DNA of 64,000 nt from Nitrosopumilus sp. (GCA_965205675.1 OZ242186.1:1088001-1152000); one strand, 5' to 3'; counted from the first letter of the stretch, positions 42,099 to 53,103 are shown. Program-made: numbers and translations. Notes: generated by a model not told the origin, from the sequence alone.

Positions 42099-42809
42099 AT
42101 GGCTAATCCAAGAGCATATCTTGCAGAAGCAATTGCAACTTATGGTTTGGTATTCTTTGGTCCTCTTTCAGTAATTCTTGCAGTTTCTGCATTTGGCGAA
42201 GAATTGACAACACAATCTGTATTGTTCATTTCGCTTGGACACGGCGGTGCCATTGCTTTGATGGTTTATGCATTCGGACATGTTTCTGGTGCTCACATTA
42301 ACCCTGCAGTTACCATTCCTATGATGATTACAAAAAAAATCGGAATTGTAGATGGAGTTGGATATATTATTTCACAATTAATTGGCGCTGTAGCCGCAGC
42401 TGCAACCCTTATGGTAATCTTACCTGAACTTGGTGCAAGAGTTAACTTTGCAACTCAAGGCGGTCCAAGTGATTTAATCAATAATAGTGTGGGTTCTGGA
42501 TTTGCAATTGAGGCAATCTTGACATTCTTCTTAGTAACTGTAATCTTTATGACAGCGGTTCACAAAAAAGCGTCTCCAGGATTACATGGATTATCAATTG
42601 GCGGTATGGTATTTCTAATTCACTTGATTGCCGTACCATTAACTGGCGCATCTGTAAATCCTGCAAGAACATTTGGTCCTGCATTAATTTCCGGATTCTG
42701 GGAATTTCATTGGTTATATTGGGCAGCCCCAATTTTGGGGGGAATTATTGCAGGTCTGATAATGAATTATGTTTATACCAAACCTGCAGAAAAAGAAGTA
42801 CAATCCTAA
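42099..42809 (+). CDS. MIP-family aquaporin
   Basis: SGAHINPAVT and SVNPART; start MANPRAY. Confidence 0.95.
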   Translation: MANPRAYLAEAIATYGLVFFGPLSVILAVSAFGEELTTQSVLFISLGHGGAIALMVYAFGHVSGAHINPAVTIPMMITKKIGIVDGVGYIISQLIGAVAAAATLMVILPELGARVNFATQGGPSDLINNSVGSGFAIEAILTFFLVTVIFMTAVHKKASPGLHGLSIGGMVFLIHLIAVPLTGASVNPARTFGPALISGFWEFHWLYWAAPILGGIIAGLIMNYVYTKPAEKEVQS

Positions 42810-42842
42810 CATTTTTAAAAATTTAAACTTTAATTTTTCTAT

Positions 42843-43280
42843 ATGACTTTTGCTGAAGATATTTCTAAAATGTTTGAGGATGAATCTCAAAAACTTGTAG
42901 TTTTGCTTGATACTGCATACTCAAAAACTGATATGAATATTCATGAAATTGTTGAGACATACTATCAAATCATGAATGTCTCGTCTATGACTATAATGCT
43001 GAAACAACAATCTAGTCTTGAGCCTAAGGAACTAATGGAAAAAATTTCACAAATTGAAAATTTAATTTCTGAAAGATTTGACTCTGTTATTCATCCAAAA
43101 ATTATGGCAAAATTATCCAAATCTATTCAAAACTTGACAAAGAATTTACAATCTGGAAATTCTATTGAAAAGTCAAAAGAACAAACAGAATTAGATGCAA
43201 AGTTGTTTGATGAATTGCGTCAAACAATGAGTACTAAAGAATTTGTTGAACAATACGAGAATGGAATTTCCCATGATTAA
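42843..43280 (+). CDS. hypothetical protein
   Basis: 145-aa helical ORF. Confidence 0.7.
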   Translation: MTFAEDISKMFEDESQKLVVLLDTAYSKTDMNIHEIVETYYQIMNVSSMTIMLKQQSSLEPKELMEKISQIENLISERFDSVIHPKIMAKLSKSIQNLTKNLQSGNSIEKSKEQTELDAKLFDELRQTMSTKEFVEQYENGISHD

Positions 43281-44094
43281 AGAACTTGCAAAAAAATTGG
43301 TTGAACTAAAAAAAGAATTTGTTCAAATCTATGATGGTAATAGTCAAATGCAAGAAATAATTCCAAAATCTAAATCGGAATTATTCCCAATAGAGCAATC
43401 TCACTTAGAATTGCTACATAAATTTGTAGCAAAGAATCCTATCTACTATAATTCCTTTGAAAAACAAATCAATTCTATTGATTGTGTCGTATATGAAGGT
43501 GACATTAACAAATATTGGTTAAACAGTATCCAACACGGTTCAAGTAAAGCTCCTTTTTCACCCACGTGGATCCTGTCTGCTTATATTGGTTCGTTATTTG
43601 CAAAAGAATTGAGATATTCTGAAATAATTGATATTGGTTCTGGTGATGGCCGTATTGCATTTTGTGCAAAAATCTTAGACATGACTTCTTACAGTATAGA
43701 ACTTGATGATATGCTTGTAGCTTTACAAAATACTCTGACTTCTATATTGGATTTTCATCCAATCTGTTCTGATGCTGTATCTTTTGATTACTCTTCTTTG
43801 AATCTAGCATGTCCAATATTTTTCATCGGGGGCTTGGCACAAATGGGCGGGGTTTCGCTTGCAACTGGAGTTTTAAATAAAGTCAATTCTATTTCTACTC
43901 TCAAGAAAAAAATTGGTTGGGCGTTTCCTGGAACCCTATCCAAAAAATATACTCTTGATCCAAAAAATGAGGCAGGGTGGGGAACTTTAATTGAAGGCAA
44001 TCATCTCAAATTTGTTCAGAGTGTTTCATTGCCCACTGCTTGGACATTTCATGACTCTGATGATACTCCATATATTTTTGCAAAATCTAACTAA
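43273..44094 (+). CDS. SAM-dependent methyltransferase-like protein
   Basis: IIDIGSGDGRI motif I. Confidence 0.7.
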   Translation: MIKELAKKLVELKKEFVQIYDGNSQMQEIIPKSKSELFPIEQSHLELLHKFVAKNPIYYNSFEKQINSIDCVVYEGDINKYWLNSIQHGSSKAPFSPTWILSAYIGSLFAKELRYSEIIDIGSGDGRIAFCAKILDMTSYSIELDDMLVALQNTLTSILDFHPICSDAVSFDYSSLNLACPIFFIGGLAQMGGVSLATGVLNKVNSISTLKKKIGWAFPGTLSKKYTLDPKNEAGWGTLIEGNHLKFVQSVSLPTAWTFHDSDDTPYIFAKSN

Positions 44095-44132
44095 TAGTAA
44101 TCCAAATTAAGCGTAAATTTCCAAAACTTTTC

Positions 44133-44207
44133 GGACTCGTTGCATAGCTTGGATAGTGCGATTGCTTGCGGAGCAATAGGTCGCCGGTTCGAATCCGGTC
44201 GGGTCCG
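44133..44207 (+). tRNA. tRNA-Arg(GCG)
   Basis: ATTGC-TTGCGGA-GCAAT anticodon arm, GGTTCGAATCC T-arm. Confidence 0.96.
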
Positions 44208-44300
44208 TATGATTTTTTACATAATATGAAAATGATACTTGCATCATATTGTGATCTACTACATTCAACTCATTTCAATACTCCCCAATACATCAAAATT

Positions 44301-45542
44301 TGGAGTGGACCCCTGTTTTTAGTACCACTTTTTGCATAATCTTACATACAGTCTGATTCATTTATGTTTTCATCTCCCATAACTCCATGAATTCATCAGG
44401 TATAAGATATCCCAATGCAGAATGAATCCTGGAACCATTGTAATCGATTCGTGCTTTCTCTAGAGCAACTTCGGCTTCCTGATAGTTTGCAAACTCGTAC
44501 CTCCACAAGTATTCCTTCTTGAGTGTTTTGTGGAATGATTCGACATGTCCGTTTTGTTCTGGCGTGTGGTGCCAGATGAATTCGTGTCTTATTCCAAGTA
44601 GAACAACTGCTTTTCTGAAATCTCGGCTGTTGTATTGCGAACCGTTGTCCGTTCTGAGAATCAGTTTTGTGCAATCAGGCTTTGCAGTAGCTACTGCATT
44701 AATGATGCTGTCAATTGCAGTGCTCTTTGGAGCTGCCACATCAAATGAATGCCAAATCCATTTCCTGCTAAATGCATCAATCACGTTAAAGCAGTAGCAC
44801 CATCTGTCAACCCCACACCAGACATATGTGATGTCTGTCTGCCACAACTGGTTTGGTGCATCAGGCTTGAATAATGTTCTGGCAGATTTGATGATGTCAT
44901 TTTTGGTCTTTTTAGGCTCAATCCAGCCCAATTTGTGAAATATTCTTCTGATTTGTTTTCTGTTTACAGGCTTGTTCAGTTCCCTTGAGACTTGGGATGC
45001 CATGCGTCTGGTTCCATAAGTTGGCCTTTGTTTTCCAATCTTTTGAACTACATCAGTTACTGCAGGATCTGTCTGAATCCTTCTTGGTGACTTTGAGTAA
45101 TACCATTTGGATTTTGAGACTCCAATTAATAACAATGACTTGTTCAAACTGATGTGTTTGTTCAGTTGATTCACTGCAGTCATCTTTTCTGGTTCTCCAA
45201 CGTTTTTTTTAAAATGTCATTGGCAATTGTGATCTCGCCGATTAGTTTTTTGAGGGAATCATTTTCCTTTTGCAGATTCTTGCAGACATCTCCGTTTGGT
45301 GTGCCATTTAATGATGCCTTGCAACCTTCTACAAATCGTTCCCTCCATTGGCAGAATGTCTGTGGATGAATATTGTACTTTCTGCACAACTCTGCAGTTG
45401 CAATGTTTGTGTTTAGTGACTCTAAAACCACTCTTGACTTTTCTGCTGATGTGAATTTGCTCTTTACCATGAGGGTAAGCCTCCCAAGTTATCTGAAAAG
45501 TGTATGTATGGGACTGGTCCTACTCTAGAGGGGACCAGACCA
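44301..45542 (-). mobile_element. IS3-family element copy 2 (orfA 45180-45470, orfB 44362-45183)
   Basis: 1242 bp, AATT duplication, near identical to copy 1. Confidence 0.95.
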
Positions 45543-45720
45543 AATTGATGCCAAGTAAACAAGTTCCAGATAATTCTCGCAATTCTTTTCATATCTTATT
45601 GCAGTTCTTGCAGAATCCACACTTGAGCCATGCAAAGAATCTCTCCACAGCATAACAAATCTTGTTATATTTTTTGTATGATTTATTTTTTGTTGCTCCG
45701 TCATTATTTTTTCTAAATGA
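45543..45720 (-). pseudogene. IS427-like remnant interrupted by IS3 (remainder at about 44266-44300)
   Basis: Similar to 38460-38650. Confidence 0.7.
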
Positions 45721-45829
45721 AACACATGTATTCAATAACAAAAATTCATCACCCTATTTTGAACTCGATTTACATACATTGTAGATTCAAGTTTAAATTT
45801 CAGGAATTAGCATAATTTGGAAGATTTTG

Positions 45830-46599
45830 GGTCATGAATATTTGTTAGACAGTATAGTATTTCGGGATCTGAGTATCTCGTTTGTTATCTTTTTGGCATA
45901 ATACACATCAGATGGCGTCTCCATCTTATCTAGATTCAGTGTATCATGTGGTCTTGTGTGGTTGTACCAATACATAAACTGCCACTGATTCAAAGTATTT
46001 TATCTTACACTCAAAGACATCCCAAAACTTTTCTAATTTGCCATTTGTCTGCAGATGTCTCACTCTTGTATGTGGATGCTTTACATGGTTTCTCATTAGT
46101 TATTGTTCAAAGTCTACTGGCTTGTTATGATCCAAGGGTTTTACATTTGACATGATTATTCATTGAATAAAATTATGGTAATGGTTCATGCCCTCTTTTA
46201 TATCCTGAAAATTTACGATATTCGTAATCAGTTAGTGGTGTTTGACATCCGCATTTACAAAATGTTTTCATGGTTTTTATAGATTCCACACATACAAAAA
46301 GTTTAGGAATCTATCTGAGACTTGGGCATAATTGATTCTATTTTTAGTCATCTCTTAAATTATTCAAATAAAAAAACTAAGGATTTTTACATCCTTATTT
46401 CATTACAACATGAAAAATATGAAAATCCTTGAGCAAAATTCTATCTGAATTCTTGACTTTCTGGTCTTTTAATTTCATTATCCACCTTATCTTTTTATCA
46501 CCTAATTTTACCATAGATATGCCAGTGTATTTTCATATACGATAGTATGGCCATAATACTTTCCTAGTTAAGGGGTGAACTAATTTGAGGATAATAGAA
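45830..46599 (-). pseudogene. fragmented IS481-family element
   Basis: MVKLGDKKIRWI N-terminus; HLQTNGKLEKF and WYNHTRPHDTL motifs; end repeat shared with 5945-5972. Confidence 0.65.
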
Positions 46600-46641
46600 G
46601 ATCAACAATATAGAAAAATGAAAATAAAGGATGTTGTTGAA

Positions 46642-47256
46642 TTAGAAACCTTTTGGAAGAGTGCCTTTTGCAGGTTTTGGTGGTTCTGGAGGTGGTGCTT
46701 GTTGTGTTTGAGTTTGTGCACTTGCACCTTCAACTGACATATTGACTCCACTAAAACTTCCAAATGTTTTATCAGATGGATGATATGCTAGTCTTGCTCT
46801 TGTTGCATAGTACTGGTTTGAGACTGCTGTGTAACCAGTCACTGTTGATTTTTGATCATTCCAGTTTGTAGTTGGAACTTTTCCTACAGGAGCAGTTAAT
46901 CTAACAAAGTATCTGTTAGGAGCTGGAGAATAACCTGTGACTTTGGCTCTGTACTGATGGAAATCAGTCATTGCAGCAGTCATGTATGCATTCTCTAATG
47001 CGTCTTGTACAGTTGCGGGAGGCTGTGATGTAGTTTCAGATGGTTTTGGTGTTTCTGCAGGTTTTGCATCCATTCCTTTAGGCAGTGTACCTTTTGGTTT
47101 GGTAGTTGCTACAGGTTTTTCAGCTGGTTTAGTTTCTGCAGGTTTTACTTCAGCTGGTTTTGATGTTAGCTGATTAGAAAGTTGATTTAGCTTTGTTTCT
47201 AATTCGGCAATCTTTTTTTCAAGATCTGCTTTGGTTTGTTTTTTAGCAGCTGCCAT
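46642..47256 (-). CDS. Pro/Lys/Thr-rich repeat protein, short paralog
   Basis: Core identical to 40451-41500; different N-terminus, no long tail. Confidence 0.85.
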   Translation of the reverse strand: MAAAKKQTKADLEKKIAELETKLNQLSNQLTSKPAEVKPAETKPAEKPVATTKPKGTLPKGMDAKPAETPKPSETTSQPPATVQDALENAYMTAAMTDFHQYRAKVTGYSPAPNRYFVRLTAPVGKVPTTNWNDQKSTVTGYTAVSNQYYATRARLAYHPSDKTFGSFSGVNMSVEGASAQTQTQQAPPPEPPKPAKGTLPKGF

Positions 47257-47352
47257 AATTTGGATGAATAATCCGGGGTTTATTTACATTTGGGTTGATT
47301 ACGCCAACCAATTTTGATCAAGTTTTATATGCTAATTCACATATTTTATCAC

Positions 47353-47727
47353 ATGGATGACTTTGAAAAAGAATTTCCAGATTTCGATTGGAAAAACATA
47401 CCAGCCTACAAACATCCAGGAGGTAAAGATTGTCCATGTCCAAAACATGAATACATTAGAGAACAGATCAATTTCACAAAACAAGTTAATGAAAAAGGCA
47501 AAGAACCATCCAAAATCACTCTAAAATTTTGCCCCGATCATTACAAAGTATACATGGATGAAGTAATTCCGGCAATGCCATTAAAATACAGAATTCTAAC
47601 AAAAATTGCACTAAAGATAGGAGCAATTCAAGTTGAACAATTAAAATACATGGAATCAGAATTATGTTTTTACTGCAAATTCGGATCTGGCGGTCATGAC
47701 AAAAAGACTGAACTTCCACCGATGTAG
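47353..47727 (+). CDS. Cys/His-rich hypothetical protein
   Basis: CPCPKH, CPDH, CFYC. Confidence 0.7.
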   Translation: MDDFEKEFPDFDWKNIPAYKHPGGKDCPCPKHEYIREQINFTKQVNEKGKEPSKITLKFCPDHYKVYMDEVIPAMPLKYRILTKIALKIGAIQVEQLKYMESELCFYCKFGSGGHDKKTELPPM

Positions 47728-47768
47728 AATCGAGTTAAGCTTATACTTGATCTGACTAGAGAATCAAT

Positions 47769-49214
47769 GTGAGGATAAAAGATATCAGAGATTTTATTGC
47801 AGAGCTTGAAAAACAAGGAGAATTAAAGAGAATCAAAATAAAAGTAGATCCAGATTTAGAAGTTGCTGAAATTATGAGACGAGAAATGTACTCCAATGGA
47901 CCAGCAATACTTTTTGAGAATGTAAAAGGATACGATATGCCAATTTTAGGAAATGCGTTTGGTTCCATGAAAAGACTAGAGATAGGATTAGAGATGACAG
48001 ATTTTACTGAAATTGGTCAGCGTATAGCAGATATGACAAAGATGGATATTCCATCAGGGTTGTTAAATAAAATTAAAAAACTTCCAGAACTTTCTAAAAT
48101 TACTGCATCATTTCCAAAAACAGAAACCAGCGGACCAGTAACAGAGGTTACATCAAAAGATGATGCATCATTTGATGATTTGCCAATTTTAAAATCATGG
48201 CCTGATGATGCAGGTAGATTCATCACGTTAGGATTAGTTGCAACAAAACATCCAGAGACAGGAATTAGAAATCTAGGCGTTTATAGAATGCAAATTGTTG
48301 ATAAAACTCATGCATTAATGCATTGGCAAAAACACAAAAGAGGGGCACAACATAGTGACATTTCAAAAGATAAAGGGGAAAAAATACCAACTGCGATAAT
48401 TATCGGAGGCGAACCAGCCACAATCTTTTCAGCAATTGCACCAGTCCCTGAAGGACTAGACAAATATCTTTTTGCAGGAATTACAAGAAAAGAAGGAATC
48501 AAAACTGTGAAATGTAAAACTATTGATTTAGATGTTCCAGCTAACGCAGAGATTGTTTTAGAAGGATATGTAGATCCTGTAGATATTAGAGATGAAGGCC
48601 CATTTGGAGATCATACAGGATACTATACACCAGTTGAACCATACCCAACATTTACGCTAACAGGGATTATGAGGAGAAAAGATCCAATATACGTTACAAC
48701 AGTGGTAGGAAAACCAATTCTAGAAGATGCATTCATTGGCAAAGTCATTGAACGTTCATTTTTACCATTAATTCAGATGTTTCATCCAGAAGTAATAGAT
48801 TTCAGTATGCCAGCAGCAGGATGGTTCCAAGGATTTGCAATTATCTCAATAAAGAAAAGATATCCAGGTCAAGCAAGAAAAGTCATGATGGGTCTTTGGG
48901 GTATGGGGCAATTATCACTCACAAAGATGTTCGTGGTAGTAGATGGAGACATCAACGTACATGATATCAACGATGTAATCTGGGCTATAACTACAAGATC
49001 AGATGCAGTAAGAGATACAATGATTATCAACAACACACCTACAGACACATTAGATCCAGCATCACCATTAGTGAATCTAGGATCTAAGATGGGAATTGAT
49101 GCAACACAGAAAACCAGAGAAGAGGGATATGAAAGAGAGATTCAACAACAAGTCAAAGTTGATGATAAAACAAAGAATCTAGTAGATTCAAAATGGTCCA
49201 GTTATGGATTATGA
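47769..49214 (+). CDS. UbiD-family (menaquinone biosynthesis) decarboxylase
   Basis: RNLGVYRMQ, EGPFGDHTGYY, SKMGIDAT. Confidence 0.93.
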   Translation: MRIKDIRDFIAELEKQGELKRIKIKVDPDLEVAEIMRREMYSNGPAILFENVKGYDMPILGNAFGSMKRLEIGLEMTDFTEIGQRIADMTKMDIPSGLLNKIKKLPELSKITASFPKTETSGPVTEVTSKDDASFDDLPILKSWPDDAGRFITLGLVATKHPETGIRNLGVYRMQIVDKTHALMHWQKHKRGAQHSDISKDKGEKIPTAIIIGGEPATIFSAIAPVPEGLDKYLFAGITRKEGIKTVKCKTIDLDVPANAEIVLEGYVDPVDIRDEGPFGDHTGYYTPVEPYPTFTLTGIMRRKDPIYVTTVVGKPILEDAFIGKVIERSFLPLIQMFHPEVIDFSMPAAGWFQGFAIISIKKRYPGQARKVMMGLWGMGQLSLTKMFVVVDGDINVHDINDVIWAITTRSDAVRDTMIINNTPTDTLDPASPLVNLGSKMGIDATQKTREEGYEREIQQQVKVDDKTKNLVDSKWSSYGL

Positions 49215-50327
49215 TACAGAAATAGGATTGTAAAAATTATCTCTTTCTTCTACTTGATAACCAATTTGGTGAATGGCATCCATAATTATTTTATCGGTAA
49301 GTTCTGTTGAACGTGCGCCAGTACATGAAACAACTTCTTCGCCAATCAGAGTACCACCAAAATCATCAGCACCATATTGTAAGGCAAGTTGAGCCATACC
49401 AACACCATTAGTTAGCCAAGAAGATTGAATGTGGGGAATTAAACCATCAAGAACAAGTCTAGATATTGCAATCATTTTCAAAAGTTGGATTCCGCCAGTA
49501 CCATATTCAACAATGCCTTCTTTATGCATCAAAGTATTGTTTGGTTCAAAATTCCACGGAATAAATGCCATAAATCCCCTAGTTTTCTCCTGAAGTTTTA
49601 CAATTTTTGAAAAGTGTTCAACAATGTCATTGTTATTCTCCACATGGCCATACATCATTGTTGCAGAACCAGGAACGCCAAGAGAATGGGCTTCATCCAT
49701 AATTCTAAGCCAATCATCACTAGATATTTTCTTTGGACTGATGATTTCTTTAATGGAATCAGTTAAAATTTCAGCACCAGCTCCGGGGATAGATTGCAAT
49801 CCCGCATCTTTTAGTCTAGATAGAATTTCTTTGGTTGATGATTTTTCAATTCTTGCAATCATATCAATTTCAGATGTAGATAATCCATGAACCCCTACTA
49901 GAGGGAATTTCTCCCTAATCATTCTAAATGCATCTTCATAATATTCAATCCTTAGATTTGGGTTATGACCGCCCTGAATCAAGATTTGACGAATCTTAAA
50001 CATATCATAAGATGTTTTTACTCTAGATTCAATTTCATCAAGAGTTAACGTGTAAGAATCTTCAGCTCCAGGGGATCTATAAAATGCACAAAACTTACAA
50101 TCAGTAATACAGACATTAGTATAATTTAAAATAATATTATTTACAAAAGATGCTTTTTTGCCAAATTGTTTTCTTGTAAGATGACCAGCAGTAAGACCCA
50201 TCAAATGAACATCATCAGATTCTAACAATCTCAAACAATCCTCAGGTCCAGGTCTTTGACCGTTTAGGGAATTTTCTAAGATATCTTTAATATCGCTTTT
50301 TTGTATCTGTTTGGTTGCTTGACTCAA
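49209..50327 (-). CDS. mqnC: cyclic dehypoxanthine futalosine synthase (CofH/MqnC radical SAM)
   Basis: NYTNVCITDCKFCAFY, PGAGAEIL, GADDFGGT. Confidence 0.85.
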   Translation of the reverse strand: MSQATKQIQKSDIKDILENSLNGQRPGPEDCLRLLESDDVHLMGLTAGHLTRKQFGKKASFVNNIILNYTNVCITDCKFCAFYRSPGAEDSYTLTLDEIESRVKTSYDMFKIRQILIQGGHNPNLRIEYYEDAFRMIREKFPLVGVHGLSTSEIDMIARIEKSSTKEILSRLKDAGLQSIPGAGAEILTDSIKEIISPKKISSDDWLRIMDEAHSLGVPGSATMMYGHVENNNDIVEHFSKIVKLQEKTRGFMAFIPWNFEPNNTLMHKEGIVEYGTGGIQLLKMIAISRLVLDGLIPHIQSSWLTNGVGMAQLALQYGADDFGGTLIGEEVVSCTGARSTELTDKIIMDAIHQIGYQVEERDNFYNPISVS

Positions 50328-50884
50328 GTGACATTCATCCTTTGGAATTTCTATTTAATCCTTGATAGAAATAATGAACTACAAAAATTAAACCAAACGA
50401 GAATTTGTGCCCAATTTTAATAAACGCAATTGTAAAATCCCGATTTTGCAACCAGTCTAGAGAAAACAACACAACAAGAAATAGCAGAGACTGAGGATCA
50501 GGCAAGGGAAAGAGGATCTGTTTAACTTTATTTCCTAATTCTTCAATCTAGGTTCAATTACAATCAAAAAAGATTTGGATCGTAATTTCTGCAACAATCC
50601 CATATCGCAGACCAAAAGTACGCCTTACATGGACCATTCCATGCATTACATCCAGATTCTAAGATAGTCTCTAAAGGGCCAGACAAATTAAATAACAACA
50701 AAGTTGGACATTCATTTGTTTACTATACTGATTCATGTGTTATGATAACTGTACTGTTTAGAAATACAGTTGGTGTTGCATATAGGCAATTTTAAGGAAT
50801 TATCAAGGGAATGCTTTGGAAAGAAAATTCTTTGAATTTTTCTCTTACATGCAAGAGAATCATCTTTTTTATTTTAACTAGATT

Positions 50885-51703
50885 CTACTTTTTAGATCTT
50901 GCAATATAAAAATCGGCATAGAAATTACCGTCATCTTCATAATTTTTAGTGTTAATTCCCATGCTATGTAGTAACAAAATAGTCTGTGCTTCTTCTTTAG
51001 GATCAGAAAAACTTCTTTGACGTATTGGTTCTATGTCGCTTTTTACAATAGAGTAGCCATAGATTTTAAAAACTTCTTCAATGTCTTTCATATCAAACAT
51101 TCTAAGAACAGAAAATGCAAAAATTGGAGGAACATATTCTGTTTCTGATTCGTTTGAATTAGATTGTCTATTTTTAATTACTTTTAGTAAATTTAAAAAC
51201 GCCTTATATCCAATATATCCCACACATCCCGTTGCAATCACCATATCAATTTTTGGCAAGGGTTCAAGCAGATTCAATTTTTCATCTTCAAGATCAATAT
51301 TTATGCCCCTCTCACACAAATTCATCTCTTCGGAGAATTTCAAAGCCTCTTCTGAGATATCTATTTGATAGAAATTTATGTTATCATTACTGTTACATTT
51401 TTCGTAGAATTGTTTAATTTCTTTTTTTGTAGGTTCAGAGCCGTCTAAAAAGAAATCACTTAATTCAGACATTGTTAACTTGTATTTTATCAATGATGAG
51501 TTAATACCGTATGAACTTCCTAAATCTAAAATGTTAATGGGTCTAGATAATGTCTCTTCAAGTTGCCCTATGATGGAGTTGTACAACGGTTTTGTAGAAT
51601 CGGATATGAAATATTTCAATCTGTTCATTTCCTTTAGATATCCACATGGAGAATCTTGTGTGTAAATATCTGTAAAATCTTTTTTTACTTTTAATTCATT
51701 CAT
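50885..51703 (-). CDS. class I SAM-dependent methyltransferase
   Basis: ILDLGSSYGIN, TGCVGYI. Confidence 0.75.
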   Translation of the reverse strand: MNELKVKKDFTDIYTQDSPCGYLKEMNRLKYFISDSTKPLYNSIIGQLEETLSRPINILDLGSSYGINSSLIKYKLTMSELSDFFLDGSEPTKKEIKQFYEKCNSNDNINFYQIDISEEALKFSEEMNLCERGINIDLEDEKLNLLEPLPKIDMVIATGCVGYIGYKAFLNLLKVIKNRQSNSNESETEYVPPIFAFSVLRMFDMKDIEEVFKIYGYSIVKSDIEPIRQRSFSDPKEEAQTILLLHSMGINTKNYEDDGNFYADFYIARSKK

Positions 51704-51832
51704 CTTGGAGTAGTGTTATAGTTTAACCCTTAATAAAATGCATATAATGATTTAGCCATGAAAATAGAACTTTAGTTATTTTTTATCATTTGGGATAATC
51801 CATTAATACTCTAAGTTGAGGATGTCTTTTAG

Positions 51833-52231
51833 ATGAAAATTGATCATATTGCTATTGCTGTAAATGATGTGGAAGAATCCGCCAAAGTATACCAACAAGC
51901 TTTAGATGTCGATAATATTGAATTTGAAACCATAGAATCTGAAGGAGTCAAAGTTGCAATTATTCATCTGGAAAATGGTAGAGTGGAGCTAATGCAGCCA
52001 ACCAATGAGAATAGCCCAATTAAAAAATTCCTTGATAAAAAAGGCCAGGGATTACATCACATGGCATTAGATACTGATAACATCGACGGTGAAGTAAAAC
52101 GAATGGAAGGTTGTGGGATACAGTTCTTAGGCAAGATAAGACAGGGCTCTGCTGGAACTAGAGTTACTTTCGTTCATCCGAAATCTTTGCATGGGGTGTT
52201 AGCAGAATTATGTTCACATCCTAAAGAATAA
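51833..52231 (+). CDS. mce: methylmalonyl-CoA epimerase
   Basis: IDHIAIAV, GLHHMAL, FVHPKSLHGVLAEL. Confidence 0.93.
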   Translation: MKIDHIAIAVNDVEESAKVYQQALDVDNIEFETIESEGVKVAIIHLENGRVELMQPTNENSPIKKFLDKKGQGLHHMALDTDNIDGEVKRMEGCGIQFLGKIRQGSAGTRVTFVHPKSLHGVLAELCSHPKE

Positions 52232-52305
52232 TCACCTCATCATATAACACAACGACATGTAATTAATGAAAATAAGGCACAAATTGAAAATTCATGATCG
52301 AGGAT

Positions 52306-52497
52306 CTAATTTATTTCATAACCTATAGTTCTCATGCCGATACAGGGTTTGTTTCCTTTACTCCAGCATTTACAAGAACAAGAAACAGCTTTTCCACTTT
52401 TCAAATCTTTAACAACTTTGTGAAAAATCCCCTCCCTAACTTTTGATTCAATCATTATTGTTTCATATTTGTTTGATTCTGGACTTGATTTTACCAA
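52306..52497 (-). CDS. small SWIM-like zinc-finger protein
   Basis: SCSCKC...KPC. Confidence 0.45.
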   Translation of the reverse strand: MVKSSPESNKYETIMIESKVREGIFHKVVKDLKSGKAVSCSCKCWSKGNKPCIGMRTIGYEIN

Positions 52498-52536
52498 TAC
52501 AGTTTGATACTTTTTCTAGTAAATTAGCATTATTAT

Positions 52537-53103
52537 CTATTCCATCATTTTCAGAGTATCCGAAGCTGTAATGATTCCTACAATCTTTGATTTTTTAGAC
52601 ACTAGGATGCATTTAGAATATCTAATTAATGGAACTAAAACATTGGCAGGAGTATCAAAGTCCACTATTGGCGGAACTGAATCCATAGTATCTGCAAGTT
52701 TCGCCTTTTTGAGCTCTGCTTCTCCTAATTCTGACAAGTGTTTTACAATTCCATCTTCTGAGACCACTCCTACTACATCCGAATTATTAAACACAGGAAT
52801 TTGACTAATTGATAACTCGTGCATTTTTTTGATTGCATCGTGAAGTGTGTTTGTTGGTTTTAATTTCACAATATCCCTACTACAGAAATCTCCCGCTGTA
52901 TGAGATGATGATTCTCCCTCTAATTTTGTAAGACTCTCAAAAATCTTTTTTGCTGTATCATAACTTGGTTGACTTCTTCCTGATTCTATTTGGTTAATCA
53001 TTGACGTGCTTACTCCAGTCATCATTGCCAATTTTTTTTGAGTAATTCCTATTTTTTGCCTAATTTGTTTTATTGATTCAATTCTTGGGAGCAATTCATT
53101 CAC
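52537..53103 (-). CDS. XRE HTH + CBS transcriptional regulator
   Basis: GITQKKLA...INQIESGRSQPS plus CBS pair. Confidence 0.9.
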   Translation of the reverse strand: MNELLPRIESIKQIRQKIGITQKKLAMMTGVSTSMINQIESGRSQPSYDTAKKIFESLTKLEGESSSHTAGDFCSRDIVKLKPTNTLHDAIKKMHELSISQIPVFNNSDVVGVVSEDGIVKHLSELGEAELKKAKLADTMDSVPPIVDFDTPANVLVPLIRYSKCILVSKKSKIVGIITASDTLKMME

